Origin: Candidatus Kapaibacterium sp.
GTDB lineage: Bacteria; Bacteroidota; Ignavibacteria; Kapaibacteriales; UBA2268
Reading direction: 5' to 3'
Length of the DNA stretch: 64,000 nt
NCBI GenBank assembly: GCA_963664875.1
Contig: OY761611.1
Span: forward strand, 192,001 to 256,000
Below, one piece after another: positions 51,070 to 60,162 of this stretch. Each line of letters begins with the position of its first letter. Position 1 is the stretch's first letter. The translations under genes were made by a program, and so were the position numbers. The notes beneath the pieces were generated by a model. It was not told where the DNA came from. It did no database searches and worked only from the letters and a program-made list of their open reading frames with translations.

Positions 51070-51702
51070 CTAAATCCCTATTTGTTTACATTCAGTAGCA
51101 ATAGAACATTTATCACATTTAGGAGAACGTACACATATTTTTCTGCCATGATTGATAAAATAATGTGTAAATATGACCCATAATTCTTTTTCAATGAGTT
51201 TCATTAGTTCAAATTCAATCTTAACAGCATCTTTCGTATTTACAAAACCCATTCTGTTACTTAATCTGATTACATGCGTATCAACTACAATCCCCGGTGT
51301 ATCAAAGCAATGACCAAGTAAAACATTTGCAGTTTTTCTTCCGACTCCGGGCAATTTTAGTAGGTTCTCCATATTATCAGGCACTTTCCCATCGAACTTA
51401 TTTAATATCATATCGCAGGCACCTGTTATACTTTTAGCTTTTGCACGATAGAATCCGGTAGAATATATGTCTTTCTCAAGTTCTTCGATTGGTACTTTAA
51501 GATAGTCCTCAGGAGTAAGATACTTTGCAAATAAGTCTTTTGTAACAATATTTACACGTGCATCAGTGCACTGTGCAGACAAAATAGTAGCTATTAATAA
51601 CTCAAACGGTGAGGTAAAGTCGAGTTGAATTTTGACATCAGGGTAATCTTTAGATAGAGTATCAATGATATATTTCATTCGTTCTTTTTTACTTCGAATC
51701 AT
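51070..51702 (-). CDS. nth: Endonuclease III
   Basis: LIATILSAQCTD.RVN, LPGVGRKTAN HhH, VDTHV, C-terminal Fe-S Cys cluster. GGAG RBS before ATG 51702. Confidence 0.93.
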   Translation of the reverse strand: MIRSKKERMKYIIDTLSKDYPDVKIQLDFTSPFELLIATILSAQCTDARVNIVTKDLFAKYLTPEDYLKVPIEELEKDIYSTGFYRAKAKSITGACDMILNKFDGKVPDNMENLLKLPGVGRKTANVLLGHCFDTPGIVVDTHVIRLSNRMGFVNTKDAVKIEFELMKLIEKELWVIFTHYFINHGRKICVRSPKCDKCSIATECKQIGI

Positions 51703-52351
51703 TTTCTTCTCCAATTTGATTGCAAATACTGTCAGGCGACTGCCTATTATAGACGTAAGTTTTGAAATTAGTTTTACCAATGACACAGCCTTGCTTTTTC
51801 ATATTTTGATAAAATCTCAAATCGCAACCAAATTCATTATCAAAACCACCGAAGGTATTGAATTTATCAGTATTTACAAAAAAAGTACCATTAACATAAC
51901 AATCATCAAGGTGAATTTTTGAAGATTTGTCATTACAATCCGGTACAAAAGGGTCTCCAATTATTTCTAATCCTCCATAGATGAAATCTATAGTCGGATT
52001 TTGAAATATTATTCTTTTTCGCAGTTCTAAATGTTGAGGGTGGTAGAGGTCGTCATCATCCAAAAAAGTAACAAAAAAGCCTCTGGCAATTGAAGCACCA
52101 TAGTTTTTGGAAATATAAGGGCCGCAGTTTTTTCTAAAAATATATTTGAATCTCTTGTCGTTTCTTATTATATAGTCAATCTTTAAAATAGCGGGCTCGT
52201 CAGAACCGTCGTCAATTATAATGCATTCCCAGTCATGTTCGGTTTGCATCAATAGTGATTCTATAGATTTTTCGAGAGAATAGCCTCTGTTGTAAGTAGC
52301 AATTACTACAGTAAACAATGGCTTTTGTTCAGGGATAATGTTTTTACTCAT
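51689..52351 (-). CDS. Glycosyltransferase family 2
   Basis: VVIATYNR, IIDDGS, FLDDDD. Confidence 0.88.
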   Translation of the reverse strand: MSKNIIPEQKPLFTVVIATYNRGYSLEKSIESLLMQTEHDWECIIIDDGSDEPAILKIDYIIRNDKRFKYIFRKNCGPYISKNYGASIARGFFVTFLDDDDLYHPQHLELRKRIIFQNPTIDFIYGGLEIIGDPFVPDCNDKSSKIHLDDCYVNGTFFVNTDKFNTFGGFDNEFGCDLRFYQNMKKQGCVIGKTNFKTYVYNRQSPDSICNQIGEENDSK

Positions 52352-52366
52352 TTTGCGATTTTGAAT

Positions 52367-53461
52367 ATGAATGATAAAGCAAAGATATTGATTGTTGATG
52401 ATTTACCCAAAAATCTTAAGATGTTAGCTACCTATTTGAAGTTAGAGGGTTTTGATGTAGATTTTTTAGACGATTCTCAGCTTGTACAGGCGTATCTTGA
52501 AAATCATGAAATAGACCTTTTGCTTTTAGACGTAATGATGCCAAAAATTGACGGATTTGAGCTATGTAGAAGAATCAAATCAACTCCAAAATCTGCTGAT
52601 ATACCTGTAATATTTTTGACAGCTCTCACAGATTCGGAACACATAATAAAAGCTTTCGAAGTTGGAGGTGTTGACTATATTAGCAAACCTTTTCATACTT
52701 CAGAGCTTCTCGCTAGGGTAAGAACTCATGTAGAAAATAAAAAATATAGAGAAAAATTAGAGCAATTAAATGCTACTAAAGATAAATTCTTTTCTATAAT
52801 TGCACATGACTTGAAAAATCCAATCTCAAGCATTAAAAACTCTGTTGATTTAATGAGTCGCCTCTATGACGATTTTTCAGATGAAGAACGTAAAGCATAT
52901 TTGCAAAATCTAAGAGAAACTACGGAAAATGTTTTTGATTTGCTACAAAACTTATTAGCATGGTCAAGAACACAGACTAACCGAATAGAGTTCAATCCCG
53001 ATTTATTTGATTTAAAACTCGTAGCTGATAATATTACTACTTTGCTTACTCATCAGGCTAATCAAAAGAATATCTCGTTGTTTCATCAGGTAAAAGAAGG
53101 AACAATGGTTTATGCTGATGTAAATATGATAGCCACCGTGCTGCGTAATCTTGCTTCAAATGCAATTAAATTTACTAAAGAGATGGGCTTAGTAAAGATT
53201 TTTGTTAAGTCAGTGTCAGAGCAGCGAATTGAAATTGTAGTTGAAGATAATGGAGTTGGTATTGAGAGTAATAATTTATCGAAATTATTTTCGATTGCTT
53301 CTAATTTTTCGACTAAAGGCACAAATGCTGAATCCGGAACCGGTTTGGGACTAATTTTGTGTAAAGAATTCGTAGAAAAAAATGGTGGAAGTATCACAGT
53401 TAGTAGTGTTTTAGGCAAAGGAACTTCTTTTAATATCGTATTACCTACGAAAAACATGTAA
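52367..53461 (+). CDS. Hybrid response regulator / histidine kinase (REC-HisKA-HATPase)
   Basis: ILIVDD, LLDVMMP, DYISKPF, AHDLKNP, NAIKFT, GTGLGL. Confidence 0.92.
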   Translation: MNDKAKILIVDDLPKNLKMLATYLKLEGFDVDFLDDSQLVQAYLENHEIDLLLLDVMMPKIDGFELCRRIKSTPKSADIPVIFLTALTDSEHIIKAFEVGGVDYISKPFHTSELLARVRTHVENKKYREKLEQLNATKDKFFSIIAHDLKNPISSIKNSVDLMSRLYDDFSDEERKAYLQNLRETTENVFDLLQNLLAWSRTQTNRIEFNPDLFDLKLVADNITTLLTHQANQKNISLFHQVKEGTMVYADVNMIATVLRNLASNAIKFTKEMGLVKIFVKSVSEQRIEIVVEDNGVGIESNNLSKLFSIASNFSTKGTNAESGTGLGLILCKEFVEKNGGSITVSSVLGKGTSFNIVLPTKNM

Positions 53462-53519
53462 TTGGCAAAAAAAATCATTATCTTGCCTTTTATGTAAAAT
53501 ATATATTAATTGGATAAAT

Positions 53520-54182
53520 ATGGACTTCGTTGAATTTTGGACACTTTGCTCGGCTAATAATATCGTATTGGATATGGACCAGATTGAACAGTTTAAACGC
53601 TTCCACAAAGAGCTAATCTATTGGAATGAAAAAGTAAATCTTATTTCCAGAAAAGATATGGATAATATTCTGGAAAGGCATTTTATACATTCGCTCACCT
53701 TGTTAAAATATCTAAAAATAGAAGATAAAGCAAGAGTTTTAGATATTGGTACAGGTGGAGGATTTCCCGGTATTCCGTTATCTATTGCCCAACCCAAAGC
53801 ACACTATCTATTGGCAGATTCTATTGCCAAAAAAATCAAACTCACTGAAATGTTTGCAAAACATACCGGGAATAAGCTTGTGAAGACTTACGCCGGTAGA
53901 GTTGAAAATTTGGTAGAAGATAGAAACTATTTGAATTCTTTTGATATTATTACTGCACGAGCTGTAACGCGGACACATACGCTAATTGAATTTTCTGAGA
54001 AGCTACTCAAAAAGGGCGGTGTCTATTATCTTCTGAAAGGCGGAGACTTGACTGAAGAAATTAATGTAACAAAAGATATGTATCCAAACGTAGTAATAAA
54101 AGAGATACCAATTGATTTTAGAGGAGTTGATTGGTTCAAAAAAGAAGATAAGAAAATTTTGGTTGTCAAAAATGTTAAATAG
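53520..54182 (+). CDS. rsmG: 16S rRNA m7G527 methyltransferase
   Basis: WNEKVNLIS, RHF.HSL, LDIGTGGGFPGIPL, ARAV, LKG. Confidence 0.93.
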   Translation: MDFVEFWTLCSANNIVLDMDQIEQFKRFHKELIYWNEKVNLISRKDMDNILERHFIHSLTLLKYLKIEDKARVLDIGTGGGFPGIPLSIAQPKAHYLLADSIAKKIKLTEMFAKHTGNKLVKTYAGRVENLVEDRNYLNSFDIITARAVTRTHTLIEFSEKLLKKGGVYYLLKGGDLTEEINVTKDMYPNVVIKEIPIDFRGVDWFKKEDKKILVVKNVK

Positions 54183-54843
54183 ATATTTTAGATATTTGGT
54201 TTACTTGTTCTTGTTCGTCACCTTTGTTGTAACTTCAGGAAATGTTACCAGCGATTTTGTGATAGCAAGAGTGAAATACGGGGGTGGAGGAGATTGGTAC
54301 AATGATCCTTCAGCTGAGGAAAATCTGTTGGCTTATGTACGTTCAAATACTAACATTGCTGTAAATCCAAAATATACTTACATTGAGTTAAATTCTCAAA
54401 AACTTTCAGACTACCCTGTTATTTTTATTACAGGGCATGGCAATTTAAAGTTTTCAGACGAAGAAGCTGAAAATTTGAGGGACTATCTTGAAAAAGGTGG
54501 TTTTTTATACATAGATGATGATTATGGTTTAGATCCGTATATCAGAAAAGAAATGAAAAAAGTTTTCTCCGATCAGGATTTTGTGGAGCTTCCATTTTCA
54601 CATGGTCTGTATCATTGTCATTATGATTTTCCTTCCGGACCACCCAAAACACACGAGCATGATGATAAAAATCCAAAAGGATTTGGTCTATTTCATGATG
54701 GGAGACTATGTGTGTACTATACTTTCGAATCTAACCCGAGTGACGGCTGGGCAGATGAACGTGTACATAGTGATTCGGAGAAAGTAAGAGAAACTGCTTT
54801 AAAATTTGGAACAAACATTATTGTATGGGCACTATCCAATTAG
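54172..54843 (+). CDS. DUF4159-family protein
   Basis: KYGGGGDWY.DP, FITGHG, LRDYL..GGFL.IDDDYG, HEHD, DGW, GTNI. Confidence 0.85.
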   Translation: MLNRYFRYLVYLFLFVTFVVTSGNVTSDFVIARVKYGGGGDWYNDPSAEENLLAYVRSNTNIAVNPKYTYIELNSQKLSDYPVIFITGHGNLKFSDEEAENLRDYLEKGGFLYIDDDYGLDPYIRKEMKKVFSDQDFVELPFSHGLYHCHYDFPSGPPKTHEHDDKNPKGFGLFHDGRLCVYYTFESNPSDGWADERVHSDSEKVRETALKFGTNIIVWALSN

Positions 54844-54848
54844 AGAAT

Positions 54849-57800
54849 ATGGAAAAGTATAATAAAAAAGATAAAATAATACATAAAATAGATCAAACTA
54901 AGCGTACAGAACTGGTTAGCATTACATTAACTAATTTTGTATATGCTGCTTCTGTATCAGGTATGGCGGCAATAGTCTTTATAGCTTTGGAGTCTCTTCT
55001 GAATTCCGGTGTTACTACTCGAACAGCTTTTGTTGGGACATGGGCAGTTATTACGCTTTTTGTGTTTGTATTGGCTGTATTACCGACATTGAGATATTGG
55101 CGAGACAATAGTAAATCAGGTGTTGAATCTATTGCTTTCAGAGTAGGTGAGGTTTATCCGGATATCAAGGATACATTAAGCAACGCTATTCAGTTACGAT
55201 ACCGAAATAATACTGCAGATATTTTTTCTAACGAGCTAATTATGGCTTCATACTCTGAAGCTGTTAGAAAATCAGAAAGCAAAGATTTTTCAGTAATTAT
55301 CGATAAAAAGTCAAGAAAAAAAGCAATTTTACTTTTTTTATCTGTGATTGCAATCTCAACTCTTTCCTTTTTTGCCATAGGAAAAGATTCTCAATCTGCT
55401 TTAAACAGACTTGTCAATTACAACCAGTCATTTGTGCCTGCAGCTCCTTTTTCACTATCTATTTCGCCAAAATCTGCTGAAATAGAAAGAGGAGACAGTA
55501 TAAACATTAAGGTAAGTTATTCCGGCAAACTTAATCAAAAAGTATTACTTTATATCAAATATGAAAATGATACTGATTTTGAAAAAATTGAACTTAATAA
55601 TAAGACTTCTGATAGCTATAACTACAAATTTAATGCTTTGAAATATAATGTACAATGTTTCGCAATGGCTGAGTGGTTTGATGCTCCGGTTTTAACAGAC
55701 ACTTGCAAAATTAGAATATATGAAAGACCGTATGTGAAATCATTTGAGGGCTCCGTAGTTTATCCTTCATATACCGGGAAATCTCGTGTATATTTTAATC
55801 AGGAGTCAGGAGATATTTCTGCACTAACAGGTAGTAATATTGAATTAACAGCTACAACCGCTAAACCTATTAAGAACGCAAAAGTAGAATGGATAAGCAA
55901 TGCTTTAAAAGATTCAGCAACTACCAAAGACACTACATATTATGAAATGGTTACAAGAGAAAACACTGCCACAGTAAATTTCAAATTGCGTAATTCAGGT
56001 ACTTACAAAATACTTGTCGAAGATGAGGATGGTTTCAAAAATTCAAATCCTATAGAATATACAGCTTTGGCTTTGAATGATGAATATCCTGCTATTACTC
56101 TTCTACAACCAATTTCTGACATCAGAATAGGAGATAGTGGTCTATTGCCTATCAAGGTTGATATCAGTGATGATTATGGCTTTTCTTCACTTCTATTAAA
56201 ATACAAGCGAATAGAATCGCGATATACCGAACCTGATGTTGATTTTAGCACTCTAAAAATCGAAATTCCAAAAAGAGAGAATATGCAAAACGTGTTTTAT
56301 GTATGGAATTTGCACGATTTGAATATTTCTCCTGAAGACAAATACGAGTACTTCCTTGAGATAGCGGATAATGACATAATTTCAGGACCAAAAAAAGCTC
56401 AGACGATTCACTTGACTGTCAAATTGCCTTCTCTGATGGAAGCGATGCAGGATGCAGAAAACGAACAAAAACAAATAGAAGAAGAATTAAAGAAAGTGCT
56501 TGCTGAAACTCAAAAAGTACAAAAGGAAATGGAAGAATTTGACCGAAAAGTTCTTAAAAACAAAGACAAGAAAGAACTAAACTGGGAAGATAAAAAGAAA
56601 CTCGAAAAAATAGCAGACAAGAAAAAAGAAATAAACGATAAACTTGAGAACATACAAGACCGATTGCAAAAAGCAACTGACGAAATGCAAAAATCAAATA
56701 TGCTTTCTGAAGAAACAATGCAGAAATATATGCAGCTTCAAGATTTGATGTCAAAAATTGACAATCAGGAATTTAGGCAAATGCAACAGAATCTGCAGGA
56801 AGCTCTGAAGCAAATGGATAAAAATCAAATTCAAAAAGCAATGGAAAACTTTGAATTTAACGAAGAACAGTTCAAAGACAATATTGAAAGAACAATGAAG
56901 ATGCTCAAAAGGATGCAAGCTGAGCAAAAAACAGACGCTATCAAAAAGCAGGCTGAAAAAATGGCTAAGCAGCAGGAAGAGTTGAGTAAAGAATTGGAAA
57001 AAGCTAACAAAGAACAAGCAAAAGAGCTTGCAAAAAAACAAGAACAGCTTGCTAAAGACATGGAAAGGCTCCAAGAAGAGCTCAAAAAGCTCGAAGAGCT
57101 AATGGAGCAGTATCAGGACGAAATGCCTTTAGAAGAGCTAAAACAAGCAATGGATGAACTTAATGCTGAGCAAACAAAACAGGAGATGATGCAGGCTGCT
57201 TCTCAGATGCAACAAAACCAGAAATCCAGTGCGCAGAAAAATCAAAAATCTGCTCAAAATAAAATGCAAAAATTATCTAAGTCTATGCAGCAAATGAAAG
57301 AACAGCTGCAGCAACAAGATAATCAAGAGGCAATGCGCCAACTGGAAAAATCTATTTCTGATATGATTGAGATTTCTAAAAATCAAGAAGAAATAGCTAA
57401 ACAAACTGCTAATGCGGACTATAATTCTAAAAAAATACCGGAAATTGCTTCAAAACAGGAAAAAAACTCGCAAGCACTAATAAACGTAGCTGCCAATCTT
57501 TCAAAATTGGGTGAAAAGTCATTTTCTGTAACTCCTGAAATGGGTAGAGAATTGGGCAATTCTATGCAACAAATGTCAGAATCGATTTCTCAGTTAGCTG
57601 AACGACGTACACACTTTGCAAAAAAAGCACAATCCACAGCTATGACTTCCCTTAATTCGGCAATAGCTCAGATGCAGGATATGCTGGGACAGATGAAACA
57701 AAATGGTGGTTCCTGCAATAATCCGGGTGGTAGCGGAGAAGGTTCAATGCCTAAACCCGGCGGTATGGGATTCCAGCAACAATTACAGCAAATTGCAGCA

Positions 57801-58325
57801 GAACAGCAGGTGATAAATCAGTCGCTTAAGCAAATGATGCAGCAAGGTGGTTCACGTATGTCTCCACAGCAACAGGCACAACACCAAAGACTCTCTGATA
57901 AACAGGGGCAAGCAGCTGAGCAAATGCACAAGTTAGCTGACGAACAAAAGCAGTTTGGAAATAAAGGTGAAAGAAAAACTGTAGGTGATTTAAATAAACT
58001 TTCTAAAGAAATGGAAGAAGTCGTAAAAGATATGCAATCAGGAAAAATCGATCAGGAAACTATCAACAAACAAGATAAGATTCTTTCCAGATTGTTAGAT
58101 GCTACTCGCTCAATAAATGACAGAGATTTCGAAAAACAAAGAGAATCGAAAGAGGGTAGTAGCAGACTTTTAGTTTCACCATCTGAAATAGATCTAAAAA
58201 CACAGGAAGGAAAGTCAAGGCTGTTTAGAGAAATATTACGAGCTTCAAAAAATACCTATACTAAAGACTATCAAGCGATAATTCAGAAGTATTTCAAGCA
58301 ATTAGAAAGTAAAGAAACAAAATAA
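54849..58325 (+). CDS. DUF4175-like large membrane-anchored protein with Ig-like domains and Gln/Met-rich coiled coil
   Basis: Three N-terminal TMs, YPSYTG, DDYG, DND..SGPK, long Q/E/K/M heptads, RLL...RS...R, Y...I..YF..L end. Confidence 0.78.
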   Translation: MEKYNKKDKIIHKIDQTKRTELVSITLTNFVYAASVSGMAAIVFIALESLLNSGVTTRTAFVGTWAVITLFVFVLAVLPTLRYWRDNSKSGVESIAFRVGEVYPDIKDTLSNAIQLRYRNNTADIFSNELIMASYSEAVRKSESKDFSVIIDKKSRKKAILLFLSVIAISTLSFFAIGKDSQSALNRLVNYNQSFVPAAPFSLSISPKSAEIERGDSINIKVSYSGKLNQKVLLYIKYENDTDFEKIELNNKTSDSYNYKFNALKYNVQCFAMAEWFDAPVLTDTCKIRIYERPYVKSFEGSVVYPSYTGKSRVYFNQESGDISALTGSNIELTATTAKPIKNAKVEWISNALKDSATTKDTTYYEMVTRENTATVNFKLRNSGTYKILVEDEDGFKNSNPIEYTALALNDEYPAITLLQPISDIRIGDSGLLPIKVDISDDYGFSSLLLKYKRIESRYTEPDVDFSTLKIEIPKRENMQNVFYVWNLHDLNISPEDKYEYFLEIADNDIISGPKKAQTIHLTVKLPSLMEAMQDAENEQKQIEEELKKVLAETQKVQKEMEEFDRKVLKNKDKKELNWEDKKKLEKIADKKKEINDKLENIQDRLQKATDEMQKSNMLSEETMQKYMQLQDLMSKIDNQEFRQMQQNLQEALKQMDKNQIQKAMENFEFNEEQFKDNIERTMKMLKRMQAEQKTDAIKKQAEKMAKQQEELSKELEKANKEQAKELAKKQEQLAKDMERLQEELKKLEELMEQYQDEMPLEELKQAMDELNAEQTKQEMMQAASQMQQNQKSSAQKNQKSAQNKMQKLSKSMQQMKEQLQQQDNQEAMRQLEKSISDMIEISKNQEEIAKQTANADYNSKKIPEIASKQEKNSQALINVAANLSKLGEKSFSVTPEMGRELGNSMQQMSESISQLAERRTHFAKKAQSTAMTSLNSAIAQMQDMLGQMKQNGGSCNNPGGSGEGSMPKPGGMGFQQQLQQIAAEQQVINQSLKQMMQQGGSRMSPQQQAQHQRLSDKQGQAAEQMHKLADEQKQFGNKGERKTVGDLNKLSKEMEEVVKDMQSGKIDQETINKQDKILSRLLDATRSINDRDFEKQRESKEGSSRLLVSPSEIDLKTQEGKSRLFREILRASKNTYTKDYQAIIQKYFKQLESKETK

Positions 58326-58347
58326 AAACTAGATAATTTTACACGAG

Positions 58348-58370
58348 AAGCTGCCTGCTGGCAGCTTTTT
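58348..58370 (+). terminator. Rho-independent terminator
   Basis: AAGCTGCC-TGCT-GGCAGCTT-TTT. Confidence 0.8.
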
Positions 58371-58437
58371 GTAGTTTAAGCATTTCCTCTCTACAAAAAG
58401 TACAATGGACTAATCGATTTAAAATCCGAAATGAATC

Positions 58438-58493
58438 AAAAATATGAGACTAAAAAGAATCCAAAGTGTCTATAAAAATATAAGACTATAATA
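58438..58493 (+). repeat. Duplicated upstream/promoter block, copy 1
   Basis: 30 bp at 58464-58493 (AAGTGTCTATAAAAATATAAGACTATAATA) are identical to 60120-60149; both are preceded by TGAGAC. Confidence 0.9.
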
Positions 58494-58504
58494 GAGGGAA
58501 GGTT

Positions 58505-60010
58505 GTGAAAATACATTATATACTAATTTTTGTGAGTTGTTTAGTTACAAGTCGTGCTACTGAATTAATCACACTCGACAGTGTTGCCCATATTTATGAA
58601 AATGATGTCAATAGACAACGCAATCATTATACTTGGTCTTTTGAATATGATAGCAATGGTAGATTAAAAAGAGAGAGCTCTTTTACATTCGCTTCTGATT
58701 TTAAAAGTTTGACTAAACATCGAGAAAAACGTTACATTTTTCATGCAAATGGTGAGTTGGAATTTTACAGCAATATTATATTTGATCCCGGTACTGAGGC
58801 TATATCTTCACAACAAACAATTATGAATTACTACGAGCAAAGTTTGTTGACAAAAACTGTAACTTCTTTTTGGAATAAAGAAAAATTAAAATTAGAGCCA
58901 TCAGATAGTACTTTGTATTACTATAATTCGGACGATAGAGTTGATTCTGCTATTGTTTGGACTAACGGGTCTGAATTTAAATATGCATATAGTTTTAATA
59001 CTAATTCGCAAAACAACGGATATAATTCTTACGAAGAACGATTTGTGTATGACAGTATTGATAAACAGTGGAAAGAAAAGGGGTTTAAAGTATATGAATC
59101 TTATGATTTGGAAATGCGCTTGCTTAGCCATCTTCAGTTAAGTTGGACACCTCCGCATCCGTACGTAAATATTAGATCATATTATTATAACTATGATTTT
59201 ATAGGCAGATTGACGGATTACGAGTATAGAGAAAAGCTCCGATCAATGCCGGACAAAGGTACACAACCCTACACTAAGATTGAATACTTTTATAATTCGG
59301 GTGGAAAATTAGATTCTGTTGCTGAATTTTCAAGAGTATTTAAAAATGAGGATATTGGAATGGTGTACGAGCTATATCAATCACATAAATATGTTTTCGA
59401 TTCTGATGGAAATTATCTTCAGCATAACTTTCACAAATGGTGGGAGTATATGAATATCTACTATCCAATTTTCTATTTTTCTAATTTTTTCCACGATGAA
59501 ATATATAACGTAATTTACTCTGAGACCAGACAAATAATTGAAGATGAAGATAAAAAGTATCAGAAAATTAGGTATGAATATAATAAAGACTATAAACATG
59601 ACAGCATAATTGTACCGAGTATCGATTATTTTAACGATTCTTATTCGAGAATAAGCCAACTTGTTTCACAGAAATATTTTAATTGGGATCAAGATAAAAA
59701 TAATTATGAATTAGATCATACAATAAAATATATATACTCAAACTCTGATACAGGAATTTCTAAGAAATTGAATACTCAACATCTGCTATCTTTCTATCCA
59801 AACCCTACATCAAACTATATTTACTTTAAAACATTGGAAGAGACTTCGGGTAAGATAAGTATTTACAATGTCGAAGGTGAGCTACTCATTTATCAGCATA
59901 TAGGTGCCTTTGCTCCTATAAATATTCAAAAACTTGGGATAGGTACCTACTATTTTGTGTTTGAATGTGATGGGAAGAAGGAGAGAGGAAAGTTTGTTGT
60001 GGAGAGATAG
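58505..60010 (+). CDS. Secreted YD-like repeat protein with T9SS-type CTD (copy 1)
   Basis: GTG start, signal peptide, YDSNGRL / YDFIGRL / YNSGGKL repeats, CTD YPNP...GTYYF...GKFVVER. Confidence 0.8.
   Translation: MKIHYILIFVSCLVTSRATELITLDSVAHIYENDVNRQRNHYTWSFEYDSNGRLKRESSFTFASDFKSLTKHREKRYIFHANGELEFYSNIIFDPGTEAISSQQTIMNYYEQSLLTKTVTSFWNKEKLKLEPSDSTLYYYNSDDRVDSAIVWTNGSEFKYAYSFNTNSQNNGYNSYEERFVYDSIDKQWKEKGFKVYESYDLEMRLLSHLQLSWTPPHPYVNIRSYYYNYDFIGRLTDYEYREKLRSMPDKGTQPYTKIEYFYNSGGKLDSVAEFSRVFKNEDIGMVYELYQSHKYVFDSDGNYLQHNFHKWWEYMNIYYPIFYFSNFFHDEIYNVIYSETRQIIEDEDKKYQKIRYEYNKDYKHDSIIVPSIDYFNDSYSRISQLVSQKYFNWDQDKNNYELDHTIKYIYSNSDTGISKKLNTQHLLSFYPNPTSNYIYFKTLEETSGKISIYNVEGELLIYQHIGAFAPINIQKLGIGTYYFVFECDGKKERGKFVVER
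59793..60010 (+). repeat. CTD-coding direct repeat, copy 1
   Basis: 218 bp matching 61415-61632 with 10 substitutions and no indels (manual alignment). Confidence 0.95.
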
Positions 60011-60091
60011 TTGATTGAAAAATGCTGTCTTAGGTCAGATTATTTTGTTAAGGTGCTAAGTCTTGATATATTAAGCCTCAAAGATAACTAT

Positions 60092-60149
60092 AAAAATTAT
60101 TGAGACGAAAAATAATCCTAAGTGTCTATAAAAATATAAGACTATAATA
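60092..60149 (+). repeat. Duplicated upstream/promoter block, copy 2
   Basis: Matches 58438-58493. Confidence 0.9.
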
Positions 60150-60162
60150 TTGGAGTACTATT

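Noticed and set aside
2263-53461. Similar kinase cores in 2263-4338 and 52367-53461 as a recent duplication
   Set aside because: The similarity is at protein-motif level (KDKFFSIIAHDLKNP) in a commonly expanded kinase family; the DNA is clearly diverged.
56400-58100. Low-complexity CAA/GAA/ATG-rich DNA as a tandem repeat array
   Set aside because: Explained by the Gln/Glu/Lys/Met coiled-coil coding sequence; no fixed-period DNA repeat is visible.
58438-60149. Upstream repeat as an integron attC site or CRISPR repeat
   Set aside because: Only two copies, 1.66 kb apart. There are no RYYYAAC/GTTRRRY ends with a long hairpin and no integrase or cas genes. The position fits a duplicated promoter.
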